The translations under genes were made by a program, and so were the position numbers. From Octopus vulgaris (lineage: Eukaryota), in contig OX597843.1 of the NCBI GenBank assembly GCA_951406725.2, positions 5,456,001 through 5,520,000 on the forward strand: a DNA stretch of 64,000 nucleotides. Direction: 5' to 3'. The notes below the pieces were generated by a model. It was not told where the DNA came from. It worked only from the letters and a program-made list of their open reading frames with translations, and searched no databases. Positions 24,617-37,893 of this stretch are shown in pieces; position 1 is the stretch's first letter; each line of letters begins with the position of its first letter.

Positions 24617-25447
24617 TACTTTGGCTTAACTATTATCTCACGGCCATAATCTAGTTGATATTTTTTGATATTTTAAAGCACTTATTTTAAAGCTAGGATA
24701 GTGTTTCCCCCCCAACCCTTTTATGCAAACTGTCAAATTTATCCCAAGCGTTTTAATTTTAAAAAATGTTTTCAAGCCAAAATAATGAAAGTTACAAAAT
24801 AATTCGGGTTTTAAAGTTTTAGCTGATATTTCAAAAACAGGACTATTTCTTTACTACCCACGAGGGGCTAAACACAGAGGGGACAAACAAGGACAGACAA
24901 ACGGATTAAGTCGATTATATCGACCCCAGTGCGTAACTGGTACTTAATTTAATGGACCCCAAAAGGATGAAAGGCAAAGTCGACCTCGGCGGAATTTGAA
25001 CTCAGAACGTAACGGCAGACGAAATACCTATTTCTTTACTACCCACAAGAGGGGACAAACAAGGACAGACAGACGGATTAAGTCGATTACATCGTCCCCA
25101 GTACGCAACTGGTACTTAATTTAATCGACCCCGAAAGGATGAAAGGCAATATTAGAGACAATGGAAAGGAGTTCGTGCTGGATATGGTTAAGGAGGAACT
25201 AAAAGATCTCCACCACCGTTTGAAGACTATTTTTGGAGTTTAATCATAAGGGAAGTAACTCTGGGTGACCGCTGCAAATTAAATATTTTTTTTTAAAGGC
25301 GACCTAATGGAAGTTAGGATACAGGTTGAGATTTTTAGCTGGTATTTCAAGAACAGGCCTAAGGGCAATATTAAAGGCAACAGAGAAGTGTTCCAGCTGG
25401 AGCAAAAAATATCTCCATATCGTTAGAAGTCAATATCATAATGATAA

Positions 25448-26238
25448 TAATAATGAAATTATTGTATACAGTGCTCAGGTGCACCACAACTTGTCAAAAG
25501 TGCGTATAAAGCCTCTGCAGTGATGTAGAAATGTCTGGGAAGTGAACAGTGTATGAGTCAGATAGATGCTTGCTTGTGTGTGTATGGAGGGGAGGAGAAG
25601 ATCAGGTGTAGTGTTGGCGAATCTCAGGAAGTTTTGAAGGATGCAGTGCTCCGACAACCAACAACTGATGCCGGCAGTTTGTTCCATGCTTCAGCGTGTG
25701 TATGGAGGGAGAAGATCAGGTGTAGTGTTGGCGAATCTCAGGAAGCATGGAAGTTTTGAAGGATGCAGTGCTCCGACAACCAACAACTGATGCCGGCAGT
25801 TTGTTCCATGCTTCAGCGTGTGTATGGAGGGAGAAGATCAGGTGTAGTGTTGGCGAATCTCAGGAAGCATGGAAGTTTTGAAGGATGCAGTGCTCCGACA
25901 ACCAACAACTGATGCCGGCAGTTTGTTCCATGCTTCAGCGTGTGTATGGAGGGAGAAAATCAGGTGTAGTGTTGGCGAATCTCAGGAAGCATGGAAGTTT
26001 TGAAGGATGCAGTGCTCCGACAACCAACAACTGATGCCGGCAGTTTGTTCCATGCTTCAGCGTGTGTATGGAGGGAGAAGATCAGGTGTAGTGTTGGCGA
26101 ATCTCAGGAAGCATGGAAGTTTTGAAGGATGCAGTGCTCCGACAACCAACAACTGATGCCGGCAGTTTGTTCCATGCTTCAGCGTGTGTATAGAGGGGAG
26201 AAAGATCAGGTGTAGTGTTGGCGAATCTCAGGAAGCAT
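25448..26238 (-). mobile_element. CR1 3' fragment with a ~120-bp unit amplified 5-6 times
   Basis: Reverse complement of the 14290-15275 array unit plus the 3' UTR. Confidence 0.85.
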
Positions 26239-26438
26239 AGAATTTTAATAATTTTATGAGTATCTGGAAGAAGCCCAGTATACCCATCATAACTACTTGT
26301 CTGATAAGGGTACACCAGGTATATGCATCACAACCATATGTGTGCGACATGGTGATCTCGTATCAAGATAAATAGCGCATGACCTTGCAGGGTTGGGCCC
26401 AGTTAGAAAAACTATCATTATTATTATTATTATTATTA

Positions 26439-26946
26439 TATGTTTGACTTTTGCTTTATATTTGTAAAAGTTGGCTCCAAGTCTCACCCAGAGACCTCAA
26501 GAGATAACAGGTTGGAAGTTCACGTTGTTGTTATGCCTAGTGTGCCATATATTTGGTTGTTTATTGTGTTGTACTAGTGAATGTCAAAAAAAGAAATGTT
26601 TGTTTTAAACCTTGAGATTACATAGAAAGTATTTTACGTAAGATATGAGCAGTTCCCATGAGCACTATCTTTTGAATTTCTGCCACTTTTGGGTTTCCTG
26701 GTATCTGAGCTAGGTAGCAATCAGCCCCTTTTGCTATCATTCCCAGGGCACCTATGACAACAGGTATTGTTTTAGTCTTCAGGTTCCACATTTTGCTAAT
26801 TTCTATTTCAAGATCTTTATACTTGCTCAGTTTTTGGTAAGTCTTGACAGATATGTTTATATCGATTGGGACAGTCATATCAATGAGGAGGCATGTTCTT
26901 TGTCTGAAGTCTTTCAATATGATGTCTGGCCTATTCGCATCTATCT
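26439..26946 (-). mobile_element. R4/Dong-like non-LTR retrotransposon 3' end inserted in a (TAA)n tract
   Basis: ANRPDIILKD...CLLIDMTVP...KLSKYKDL...PVVIGALG is a restriction-like endonuclease C-terminus; TAA repeats on both sides fit the known target of Dong elements. Confidence 0.8.
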
Positions 26947-26988
26947 TATTATTATTATTATTATTATCATTATTATTATTATTATTAC

Positions 26989-27183
26989 TTGCTGTGTTTT
27001 GTTGAAACGGTGGATTTCATCAATGAAAAGTATCGTCTTCATCTTGAACATCTTCTGATTGGTTAAGGCGTTCTGTGCTGCTTGTTTGACATCGTTAACA
27101 CCAGAGTTCGTAGCAGACAGCATCAAGAGTTTAGCGGTGTGGTTCTCTTTACATTGGTTGCCGATCAGTTTTGCAAGAGTAGT
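26989..27183 (-). CDS. WRNIP1: WRNIP1 exon 2
   Basis: TTLAKLIG...LSATNSGVNDVK...ILFIDEIHRFNKTQQ (end of Walker A, Walker B). Confidence 0.95.
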
Positions 27184-29136
27184 CTGTTCAAAGACAAAGG
27201 ACAATAACAGCAATGTCAATAGCAACAATAAAAGTAATCTTATATTGTAAAAGAGAAGCTGATTTCCATCTGTCTGTCTCTCACGTCTATGTAGAGAGAG
27301 GGAAGAAGAGGAGAAGAAAAAATTGTTGAAAGAATTACAGTGAGAGAGGAGAGAGAGAGAGAGAGAATGAAAAATAGATAGATAGGTAGTGTTGTCATCT
27401 TAGTAACAAACAAGTTTTGATTAAAAACATGAATTTTAAGTGCAAGTCTGTCAACACAACACAACACGGACTTCAGAAAATGACTATATATATATATTTT
27501 TTTACTTGTTTCAGTCATTTGACTGTGGCCATGCTGGAGCACCGGTTTTAGTTGAGCAAATCGAACCTGGGACTTATTCTTTGTAAGCCCAGTACTTATT
27601 CTATTGGTCTCTTTTGCTGAACTGCTAAGTGACGGGGACGTAAACACACCAGCATCGGTTGTCAAGCAGACACACAAACAGACACACAAACACACATATA
27701 TATATATACATATACACGACAGGCTTCTTTCAGTTTCCGTCCACCAAATCCACTCACAAGGCATTGATCGGCTCAAGGCTATAGCAGAAGACACTTGCCC
27801 AAGGTGTCACGCTGTGGGACTGAACCCGGAACCATGTGGTTGGTTAGCAAGCTACTTACCACACAGTCGCTCTTGAGTTTCTCTTTTTTCAGTTGTTTGT
27901 TTGTGTGTGTCTGTTTCTGTATGTATTACAAAATACAGACAATGCAACGCAGTTGCATTGTCTGTATTTTGAAATACATTGTCTTAAAAAAAGGCTTTCA
28001 TCTTGAACTAACTATGAACGTACACGCATAATTAACAAATATTTTTAATGGCACCATATCGACAGGTAACAAGCCTTGTAAAAATAATAATAATAAAAAT
28101 ATTGCTGTTCTTTGGGGGATTCAGTATTCAAACTGATCGAGTTATTCAGGCTAACAGACCAGATATTGTGATATGCTTACCAACCACATGGTTCCGGGTT
28201 CAGTCCCCCTGTGTGGCACCTTGGGCAAGTGTCTTCCACTATAGCCTCAGGCCGACCAAAGCCTTGTGAGTGGATTTGGTAGATGGAAACTGAAAGAAGC
28301 CCATCATCATCATCATCATCATCGTTTAGCGTCCGTTTTCCATGCTAGCATGGGTTGGACGGTTCAACTGGGGTCTGTGAAGCCAGAAGGCTGCACCAGG
28401 CTCCAGTCTGATCTGGTAGTGTTTCTATGGCTGGATGCCCTTCCTAACGCCAACCACTCCGTGAGTGTAGTGGGTGCTTTTTACGTGCCACCCGCACAGG
28501 TGCCAGACAGAGCTGGCAAACGGCCATGAACGGATGGTGCTTTTTATGTGCCACCGGCACGGGGGCCAGGCGAGGCTGGCAAACGGCCACGAACGGATGG
28601 TGCTTTTTATGTGCCACCGGCACGGGGGCCAGGCGAGGCTGGCAACGGAATGTATGTATGTATGTCTGTGTGTGTTTGTCTCTCCCCCACCCATTACCAC
28701 TTGACAACCGGTGTTGGTGTATTTATGTCCCTGTACTTCAGCAAAAGAGACCAATAGAATAAGTATTGAGCTTAAAAAATAAGTAGTGGGATTGATTCAT
28801 TCAAATAAAATTTCTTCAAAGTGGTGCCCCAGCATGACCGCAGTCTAATGAGTGAAACAGGTAAATGATGAAAGGCAAAAGACAGGCCAAACATTTCTAC
28901 CCAAAAATATGTCGATCTCAGCAGATTGTAACACTTTTGTGGAAACATTTGAAAACCAAGTTAAATAAATAGGCGCAGGAGTGGCTGTGTGGTAAGTAGC
29001 TTGCTTATGAACCACATGGTTCCGAGTTCAGTCCCACTGCGTGGTACCCTGGACAAGTGTCTTCTATTATAGCCCCGGGCCAACCAAAGCCTTGTGAGTG
29101 CATTTGGTAGACGGAAACTGAAAGAAGCCTGTCGTA

Positions 29137-29189
<53 letters not shown>

Positions 29190-29568
29190 TGTGTGTATAT
29201 GTTTGTGTGTCTGTGTTTGTTCCCCTAGCATTGCTTGACAACCGATGCTGGTGTGTTTACGTCCCTGTCACTTAGCGGTTCGGCAACAAGAGACCGATAG
29301 AATAAGTACTGGGCTAACAAAAAGAATAAGTCCCGGGGGGTCGAGTTGCTCGACTAAGAGGCGGTGCTCCAGCATGGCCGCAGTCAAATGACTGAAACAA
29401 GTAAAAGAGAGTAAGAGTATAAGGAAACGAAACTAGAAGGCAGACGTCTATAGTTTTGGCTTCTAGGTGTAGGTGTGTGTGTGTGTTTGTTTATAAATAT
29501 AAGTAAAACCAAAAAAAAAAATTATGATAAATCTCAGAGCGAGTTATAAATAGTAGCGGCAACACATC

Positions 29569-29994
29569 GTGACGCATATTTGCCATTTGAATATGGCTAA
29601 CCCCTAAGGGTGGATGTTACTGTAGGTGTCTTCCTGGGGCTACAAACTACAAAAGGTGTCTTCCTGGGGCTACAAACTACAGAGGTGTCTTCCTGGGGCT
29701 ACAAACTACAAAATACTGATAGGGCACAGAAAGTGTGTCTATAGCCAGCTGGAGGTGTCTTCCTGGGGCCACAAACTACAAAAGGTGTCTTCCTGGGGCT
29801 ACAAACTACAAAAGGTGTCTTCCTGGGGCTACAAACTACAGAGGTGTCTTCCTGAGGCTACAAACCACAAAATACTGATAGGGCACAGAAAGTGTGTCTA
29901 TAGCCAGCTGCAGGAGGTGTCTTCCTGGGGCTACAAACTACAGTAGCATCCACCCTTAGGGGTTAGCCATATTCAAACGGCGAATATGCGTCAC
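29569..29994. mobile_element. Foldback repeat with ~57-bp inverted ends and internal 29-bp tandem units; related to Penelope-like termini
   Basis: GTGACGCATATTTGCCATTTGAATATGGCTAACCCCTAAGGGTGGATG vs its reverse complement at 29947-29994; body shared with 59290-59405. Confidence 0.65.
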
Positions 29995-30032
29995 AAAAAA
30001 TAAAATGAGAAAGAATCAAGGTTTTTATTTAC

Positions 30033-30776
30033 CTTTCCACTTCCTGGCGGGCCCCAGAATATTATAGACGGAGGTAAGGAATAATTTAACAAGATTTTTC
30101 GTATGAATGACTTTTCACCAAGGGACTTGGTTTGACCGACGAAGTTCTCCATAGTTTTAGGGCGAAGGGTCTCAGCCAATGGAATATTAAAGGCTATTAA
30201 AGAACTTTCACTGGGTTGTTGTTGTTTACTAGAGATGTTGGTGCTTTGGGTAAGCGAAGGCATTTCGTTACCAGTCGAACCCACCGTCCGCGCGCTCTCG
30301 CTGCGGTCCTTACCGGGATTCGAACCCTTGCTGCCTTTGTGGTCAAACGAATCTTCACTAAATAGAGCAAAAGTTTTGCTTCTACTGTTTTTAAATACAG
30401 AACCAGGACTTGTGTTGCTGTTCGTGTTTGCAGCCTGTTTCTTAATTAATTTTGGCGATTCTTGTAGTTTTGACTTCTTTGAATACGGAATCAAACTGCC
30501 CCAGGACTTGCTACCGACACCACCATCACCACCACCACGACCACCACCACCGACAACATCATCATCATCATCATCATCACCAACAAAATCGTCATCATCA
30601 TCATCATCATCATCGTCATCACTACCACGGACATCTTCCTCGTGGTGCTTTCGTTTCATAAGGGTGCCTCCTTCATCGACCTCGCTCAGTTTCAAACACC
30701 CGTCTACGTGGACATTTATAGCTTGAATGGGGAAACTCTTACCACAGACGGGGCACTCCACCTTCTGAGCTGCCAT
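30033..30776 (-). CDS. WRNIP1: WRNIP1 exon 1 (UBZ4 zinc finger, acidic/Gly-rich linker, Walker A)
   Basis: MAAQKVECPVCGKSFPIQAINVHVDGCL (UBZ4)...PLAETLRPKTMENFVGQ...IIFWGPPGSGK|GTAAAT. The eight exons sum to 1899 nt = 632 aa plus stop. Confidence 0.95.
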
Positions 30777-32832
30777 TTCTTCTCAATTGACCAAGATGTC
30801 ACTTCCTCTATTCTTCTCTCATTCAACTATTCGTCCCTCCCTCCTTCCGTCTCTCCATCTTCACATTCTTCCTCACCCTCACCTCTGCGCTCTCTCTCTC
30901 CTTGCTTCTTATACTCATTCTCTTTCCCTCTCTCCTTCGTTATACACATTCTCTTTCTCTCTTTCCATCCCTCATGCTCCTCTCTTCCTGTGTGACTGGT
31001 TTCCTCCCTCTCCCTCTTACCCTTTTCTCTCTCTGGTTGTATGGTTCTTTCTCTTTCTCCCACTCCTCTGTCTCTACCTGCCTTTCTATTTCTCCACACT
31101 CTTTCTCCTTACCTATATATACACACACACACACACATGTATATATATATATATATATCTTTACTCTTTTACTTGTTTCAGTCATTTGATTGTGGCCATG
31201 CTGCAGCACCGCCTTTTGTCGAGCAAATCGACCCTAGGACTTATTCTTTTTGTAAGCCCAGTACTTATTCTATCGGTCTCTTTTTGCCGAACCGCTAAGT
31301 AACGGGGACGTAAACACACCAGCATCGGTTATCAAGCAATGCTAGGGGAACAAACACAGACACACAAACATACATACATGCATATATATATATATATTTA
31401 TATGGCGGTGCCCCAGCATGGCCACAGCTCGTGAGCTGAAACTAGATAAAATAAAAATAAAATAAAAATAAAATAAATATACATATATACAACAGGCTTC
31501 TTTCAGTTTCCGTCAACCAAATCCACTCACAAGGCTTTGGTCGGCCCGGGGCTATAGCAGAAGACACTTGCCCAAGATGTCACGCAGTGGGACTGAACCC
31601 GGAACCTATATATATATAATTTAAATAATGAGGGAGATATAAATTGAATATTAATTTAATTAACATCAATTTAAAACCATTAGCCTAGCATACAAAAATC
31701 TGAAAAATCAGAGAAAATTCTAGGTGATCTACTTCTAGCATACGGCCGACCACATAGTGGCTTGCCCTCCAAATATACTTATATATATAAATTAAGTACA
31801 TCTCTTTTACTCGCTTCACTCATCAGACTACGGCCATGCTGGGGTACCGTCTTGAATTTTCAGTCGAATGAGTCAACACCAGAACTTTTTATAGTTTTAA
31901 AACCTGGTTCTTACCTTAAAAACCCGCGTAATTTGCGCACGTGTAATTTACGCAGGTGATTTTTCAGGATAGAAATTATTTAAAAAAAGTGGTTAATGTT
32001 TACTTCTCGTTAAACCTAGGTTAAAGTTTGAAAATTTAATAAAATCTAATCATAAATAAGTGAAATTATGTTAAATACAACGAAATCGGAAACTTTTTTT
32101 TTTCCCTTGGCCATATCGGTAATTCTGAAAACTTTTGGGTTCGAATTTTACAACTTGACCCGGAAACGAAAATTAGGGAAAAAAATAGTGCAACAGGTGT
32201 AAAGAAACATAAAAAAAAAGGGGGGGGGGCAAACATGCGTGTTTCGTTCATGAACATCTTTTCGCGGCAATGCAAAATGTTTAGGGACGACAATTTACTA
32301 ATTGCAAAATGCTACAACATTCAGGTGTTTACAGGTAATAAGAAACCACGTGGAGGAAGTTTAAATTAAGAAAGAAAGCTGGCAGCTCAAGAAGCGGGAA
32401 GTTGGATGACCAAAGGGAGAAAGGCCGAATTTCTGTCAGTCAGGCTTTTTATAAGCCTTCCACGACTTCTGATATCTCTAAGGGCCATTGTATCTTGCAC
32501 ATGCGCCGTGGTTGCCTGCTGGGTCCCCTTTTATGTTTAACCCTGAGACAACCCAAGCAGGCATGCCGGGTACGCTACTGTTCCAAATGATTTTATAAGG
32601 GATGCTTGAAGCGGAATTTTACCCAGAAAATTTCAGAAAGGAAATAATCCCCTTCTTTTTTTTTTAAAGTTATAAGGAAACCAATTCGAGTGGGGAGACT
32701 TCCTGCTGTGTCCCTTTTATGTTTAACCCTGAGACAACCCAAGAAGGCATGCCGGGTACGCTACTGTTCCAAATGATTTTATAAGGGATGCTTGAAACAG
32801 AATTTTACCCAGAAAATTTCGATCTGGGTAAG

Positions 32833-33254
32833 GGGCGATCTTTCGTCTCTAGTAGACCTTTCCGTCGATTTCCGTAAAAAATTTTTTTTTTTTACATACG
32901 GGCTTGTGGGAACTTTTGAAGTAATATACATACATATACACATACACCGAGTAAAAAAATTCAGTTATCTCTTTCTTTCACACATTACTCTCTTCGTCTC
33001 TTCACACACACTAACAGAAGCACTTCACTTACACAACATACCGTCTGTCTCCCACACCCCATCAAACACACACACACATGTACATCAATGCTTGCCATGC
33101 ACGGTAACTTCAAAAGAACTTCCCTCGTCATACAATCGCTTTCTCTTAGTCTCTTTCGCTCTCATTACTTCAAAAGTTCCCGCAAGCCCATATGTAAAAA
33201 AAAAAATTTTTACGGAAATCGACGGAAAGGTCTACTAGAGACGAAAGATTGCCC
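32833..33254. mobile_element. MITE with ~90-bp TIRs, inserted in the second copy of a ~187-bp tandem duplication (32523-33321)
   Basis: GGGCGATCTTTCGTCTCTAGTAGACCTTTCCGTCGATTTCCGTAAAAA...TTTTTACGGAAATCGACGGAAAGGTCTACTAGAGACGAAAGATTGCCC. Confidence 0.8.
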
Positions 33255-33574
33255 AAAAGGAAATAATTCCCTTCTTTTTTTTAAAGTTATAAGGAAACCA
33301 ATTCGAGAGTGGGGAGACTTATAATAATTCTACTTGTGCCCCCGTTACTAACCCGTCCGTGACGCTTTCCACGTGTTTAGTTGAAGGGAGCGGTGGTGAG
33401 TGAAATGAGTAATTTATTCTCTAATTAAGTTTGTAGACTAATTAAGGATCTAATCTTAAATAAGTTACTTTGCCTACAACACTTTCACGTGGATAGTTGA
33501 AGAGAAAGCCGAAGAGCGAAAGAAAAAGGAGAAAAAAAAGGGTAAGAGAAAGAAAGAGAGTCTTGTGTATTTTT

Positions 33575-34330
33575 TTATTTCTTTATTACCCACAGGGAGC
33601 TAAACATAGAGGGGGACAAACAAGGACAAACAAAGGGATTAAGTCGATTACATTGACCCAGTGCGTAACTGGTACTTAATTTATCGACCCCGAAAGGATG
33701 AAAGGCAAAGTCGACCTCGGCGGAATTTGAACTCAGAACGTAAAGACACGAAATACCTATTTCTTTATTACCCACAAGGGGCTAAACACAGAGGGGACAA
33801 ACAAAGACAGACAGACGGATTAAGTCGATTACATCGGCCCCAATGCGTAACTGGTACTTAATTTATCGACCCCGAAAGGATGAAAGGCAAAGTCAACCTC
33901 GGCGGAATTTGAACTCAGAACGTAAAGACAGACGAAATACCTATTTCTTTACTACCCACAAGGGGCTAAATATAGAGGGGACAAACAAGGACAGACATAG
34001 GTATTAAGTCTATTATATCGACCCCAGTGTGTAACTGGTACTTAATTTATTGAGGCGGCGATCTGACAGAAACGTTAGCACGCCGGGCGAAATGCGTAGC
34101 CGTATTTCGTCTGCCGCTACGTTCTGAGTTCAAATTCCGCCGGGGTCGACTTTGCCTTTCATCCCTTCGGGGTCGATAAATTAAGTACTAGTTACGCACT
34201 GGGGTCGATATAATCGACTTAATCCGTTTGTTTGTCCTGTCTGCGTTTAGCCCCTTGTGGGTAGTAAAGAAATAGGTACTTAATTTATTGACCCCGAAAA
34301 GATGAAAGGCAAAGTCGACCTTGGCGGAAT
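33575..34330. mobile_element. Cluster of MetaSINE-like tRNA-derived SINEs, including ~185-bp head-to-tail partial repeats
   Basis: Central domain GCCTTTCATCCTTTCGGGGTCGATAAATTAAGTACCAG resembles the Meta domain; other copies at 16620-16790, 17715-18390, 24845-25150, 50380-50615, 60715-60945, 61450-61685. Confidence 0.7.
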
Positions 34331-35888
34331 TTGAACTCAGAACGTAGAGGCAGACGAAATACGGCCACGCATTTCTACCCAGAAGTAGTATCGGTAGATC
34401 GAACAGAGAGAGAGAGAGAGAGAGCGAGGTAGATGCTACGTAGACGGAACGAACACACAGACACAGAGCGCGGTTGATGCTATAATGCACACACGCAATC
34501 GCACACACGCATCGCGCTCTCTCTGTGTTCGTGTGTTCGTTCCGTAGACATAGCATCAACGGGACGAACACACGAACACAGAGAGAGCGCGATGCGTGTG
34601 TGCGATTGCGTGTGTGCAATGTGTCTGTACTCCACTTTCTGTGTCTGTGTGTCCGTCCCGTTGATTTCATCAACAGAGAGAGAGAGAGCGAGCGAGGTGG
34701 ATGCTATGTTGAGGGAACGAACACACAGACACAGAGATGTCTTAGCATAGATACCTGCACACACGCAATCGCACACACGCATCGCGCTCTGTCTCTGTGT
34801 TCGTGTGTTCGTCCCGTTGATTTGATCAACAGACACAGAACGCGATGCGTGTGTGCGATTGCGTGTGTGCAGGTATCTATGCTATGACATCTCTGTGTCT
34901 GTGTGTTCGTTCCGTAGACATAGCATCCACCTCGCTCTCTCTCTCTCTTTCTGTTGATCTCAAATCAACGGAACGAACACACAGACACAGAAAGTGGAGT
35001 TACAGATACATTGCACACACGCAATCACACACACGCATTATTTTCTACTCTCTTTTACTCTTTTACTTGTTTCAGTCATTTGACTGCGGCCATGCTGGAG
35101 CACCGCCTTTAGTCGAGCAACTCGACCCCGGGACTTATTCTTTTTGTTAGCCCAGTACTTATTCTATCGGTCTCTTTTTGCCGAACCGCTAAGTAACGGG
35201 GACATAAACACACCAGCATCGGTTGTCAAGCAATGCTAGGGGGACAAACACAGACACACAAACATACACGCACATACATATATACATATACATATATATA
35301 CATATATACGACGGGCTTCTTTTCAGTTTCCGTCTACCAAATCCACTCACAAGGCATTGGTCGGCCCGGGGCTATAGTAGAAGACACTTGCCCAAGGTGC
35401 CACGCAGTGGGACTGAACCCGGAACCATGTGGTTGGTTAGCAAGCTACTTACCACACAGCCACTCATGCGCCTATGTGTATGTATATATGTGTGTGTGTG
35501 TGTATGTATGTATGTACTCTAGGCACAAGGCCCGAAATTTTGAGGGAGGGGGCCCATTCGATTAGATCGACCTCAGTACGCAACTGGTACTTCATTTATC
35601 GACCCCGAAAGGATTGAAAGGCAAAAGTCGACCTCGGCGGAATTTGAACTCAGAACGTAAAGACAGACGAAATACCTATTTCTTTACTACCCACAAGGGG
35701 CTAAACATAGAGGGGACAAACAAACGGATTAAGTCGATTATATCGACCCCAATGCGTAACTGGTACTTATTTAATCGACCTCCAAAGGAAGAAAGGCAAA
35801 GTCGACCTCGGCGGAATTTGAACTCGGAACATAACGGTAGACGAAATACCGCTGAACATTTCATCCGGCATGCTAACGTTTCTGACCC

Positions 35889-35943
<55 letters not shown>

Positions 35944-37083
35944 GATGCTATGCGTACGGGACGAACACACACACACACCGCGCTCTGTCTCTGTGTTCGT
36001 GTGTTCGTCTCGTTGATTTGATCAACAGACACAGAGCGCGATGCGTGTGTGTAATTGCGTGTGTGCAATGTATCTACGCTGTGACGTCTCTGTGTCTGTG
36101 TGTTCGTTCCGTAGACATAGCATCGACCTCGCTCTCTCTCTCTCTCTCTCTCTCTCTGTGTCTGTTGATCTCAAATCAACGGAACGGACACACAGACACA
36201 GAAAGTGGAGTTACAGATACATTGCACACACGCAATCACACACACGCGCATTATTTTCTACTCTCTTTTATTCTTTTACTTGTTTCAGTCATTTTGACTG
36301 CGGCCATGCTGGAGCACCGGCTTTAATCGAGAAACTCGACCCCGGGACTTATTCTTTTGTAAACCCAGTACTTATTCTATCGATCTCTTTTGCCGAACCG
36401 CTAAGTTACGGGGACGTACACACCAGCATCGGTTGTCAAGCAATGCTAGGGGGACAAACACACACATATATATACCTATATATATATATATATACACATA
36501 TATACGACGGGCTTCTTTCAGTTTCCGTCTACCAAATCCACTCACAAGGCTTTGGTCAGCCCGAGGTTATAGCAGAAGACACAAGCCCAAGGTGCCACGC
36601 AGTGGGACTGAACCCGGAACCATGTGGTTGGTAGACAAGCTACTTACCACACAGCCACATGTGTATGTATATATGTGTGTATGTATGTATATATGTGTGT
36701 GTGTGTGTATGTATGTATGTACTCTAGGCACAAGGCCCGAAATTTTGAGGGAGGGGGCCATTCGATTAGATCGACCTCAGTACGCAACGCAACTAGTACT
36801 TAATTTATCGAACCCCGAAAGGATTGAAAGGCAAAAGTCGACCTCAGCGGAATTTGAACTCTGAACGCATTTCGCCCGGCGTGCTTAACGCTTCTGCCAA
36901 CCAGCTCGCCGCCTCGGATGTATAGTATATCGGGGACTTGTGCTTGGCCAACACCGCCACTTGTTAATGCTGAGAACAAAAGTAGAACAAACGGATGTTG
37001 TTGCGAAAACGAGGCTGAAGAAATGTTTGTTGATATTTCTGTGGGAAGACACACACACACACACACATGCATATATAGATACA

Positions 37084-37149
<66 letters not shown>

Positions 37150-37620
37150 CATACATATATATATACATACATATATATATATATATATACATACATACAT
37201 ATATACATACATACATATATACATACATATATATATACATACATATATACATATATATACATACATACATATATATATACATATATATATATACATATAT
37301 ATATATACATATATATATATACATACATATATACATACATACACATTCATACATACATACATACACACATACAAACATACATGCATTCATACACACACAC
37401 ACACATACATATATACATACTTACATACACATAATACACACACATACATACTTATATATATGTACAATAAATATATATGTATGTACGTATGTATATATAT
37501 GTGTATGTATGTATATATATGTATGCATATATACATGCATATATATATATATATATATATATATGTGTATGTATGTGTATATATATATATATATATAAAT
37601 ATGTATCAAAAGGTAAAGAT

Positions 37621-37657
<37 letters not shown>

Positions 37658-37859
37658 AATATATGTATATTGTTAGAGATAGCTTACATATATGTGTCTA
37701 TGCATTTGTGTATAGAAACACATACGAATGTGTGCGTAGATACCTATACATACATATAACAAACTCACATCAGTCATACGCCTACATGAAGAAACGTATA
37801 TACACACGCACGTGTAAATCGACACAAATCAAAACTATGTATATACACGTGCGCATGCA

Positions 37860-37893
<34 letters not shown>

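Noticed and set aside
26618-26917. 99-aa ORF as a host gene
   Set aside because: 5'-truncated endonuclease tail of an R4/Dong-like retrotransposon; a second decayed copy lies at 61270-61831.
30235-30726. + strand 163-aa ORF (also 58100-58804)
   Set aside because: Antisense shadows of real minus-strand exons.
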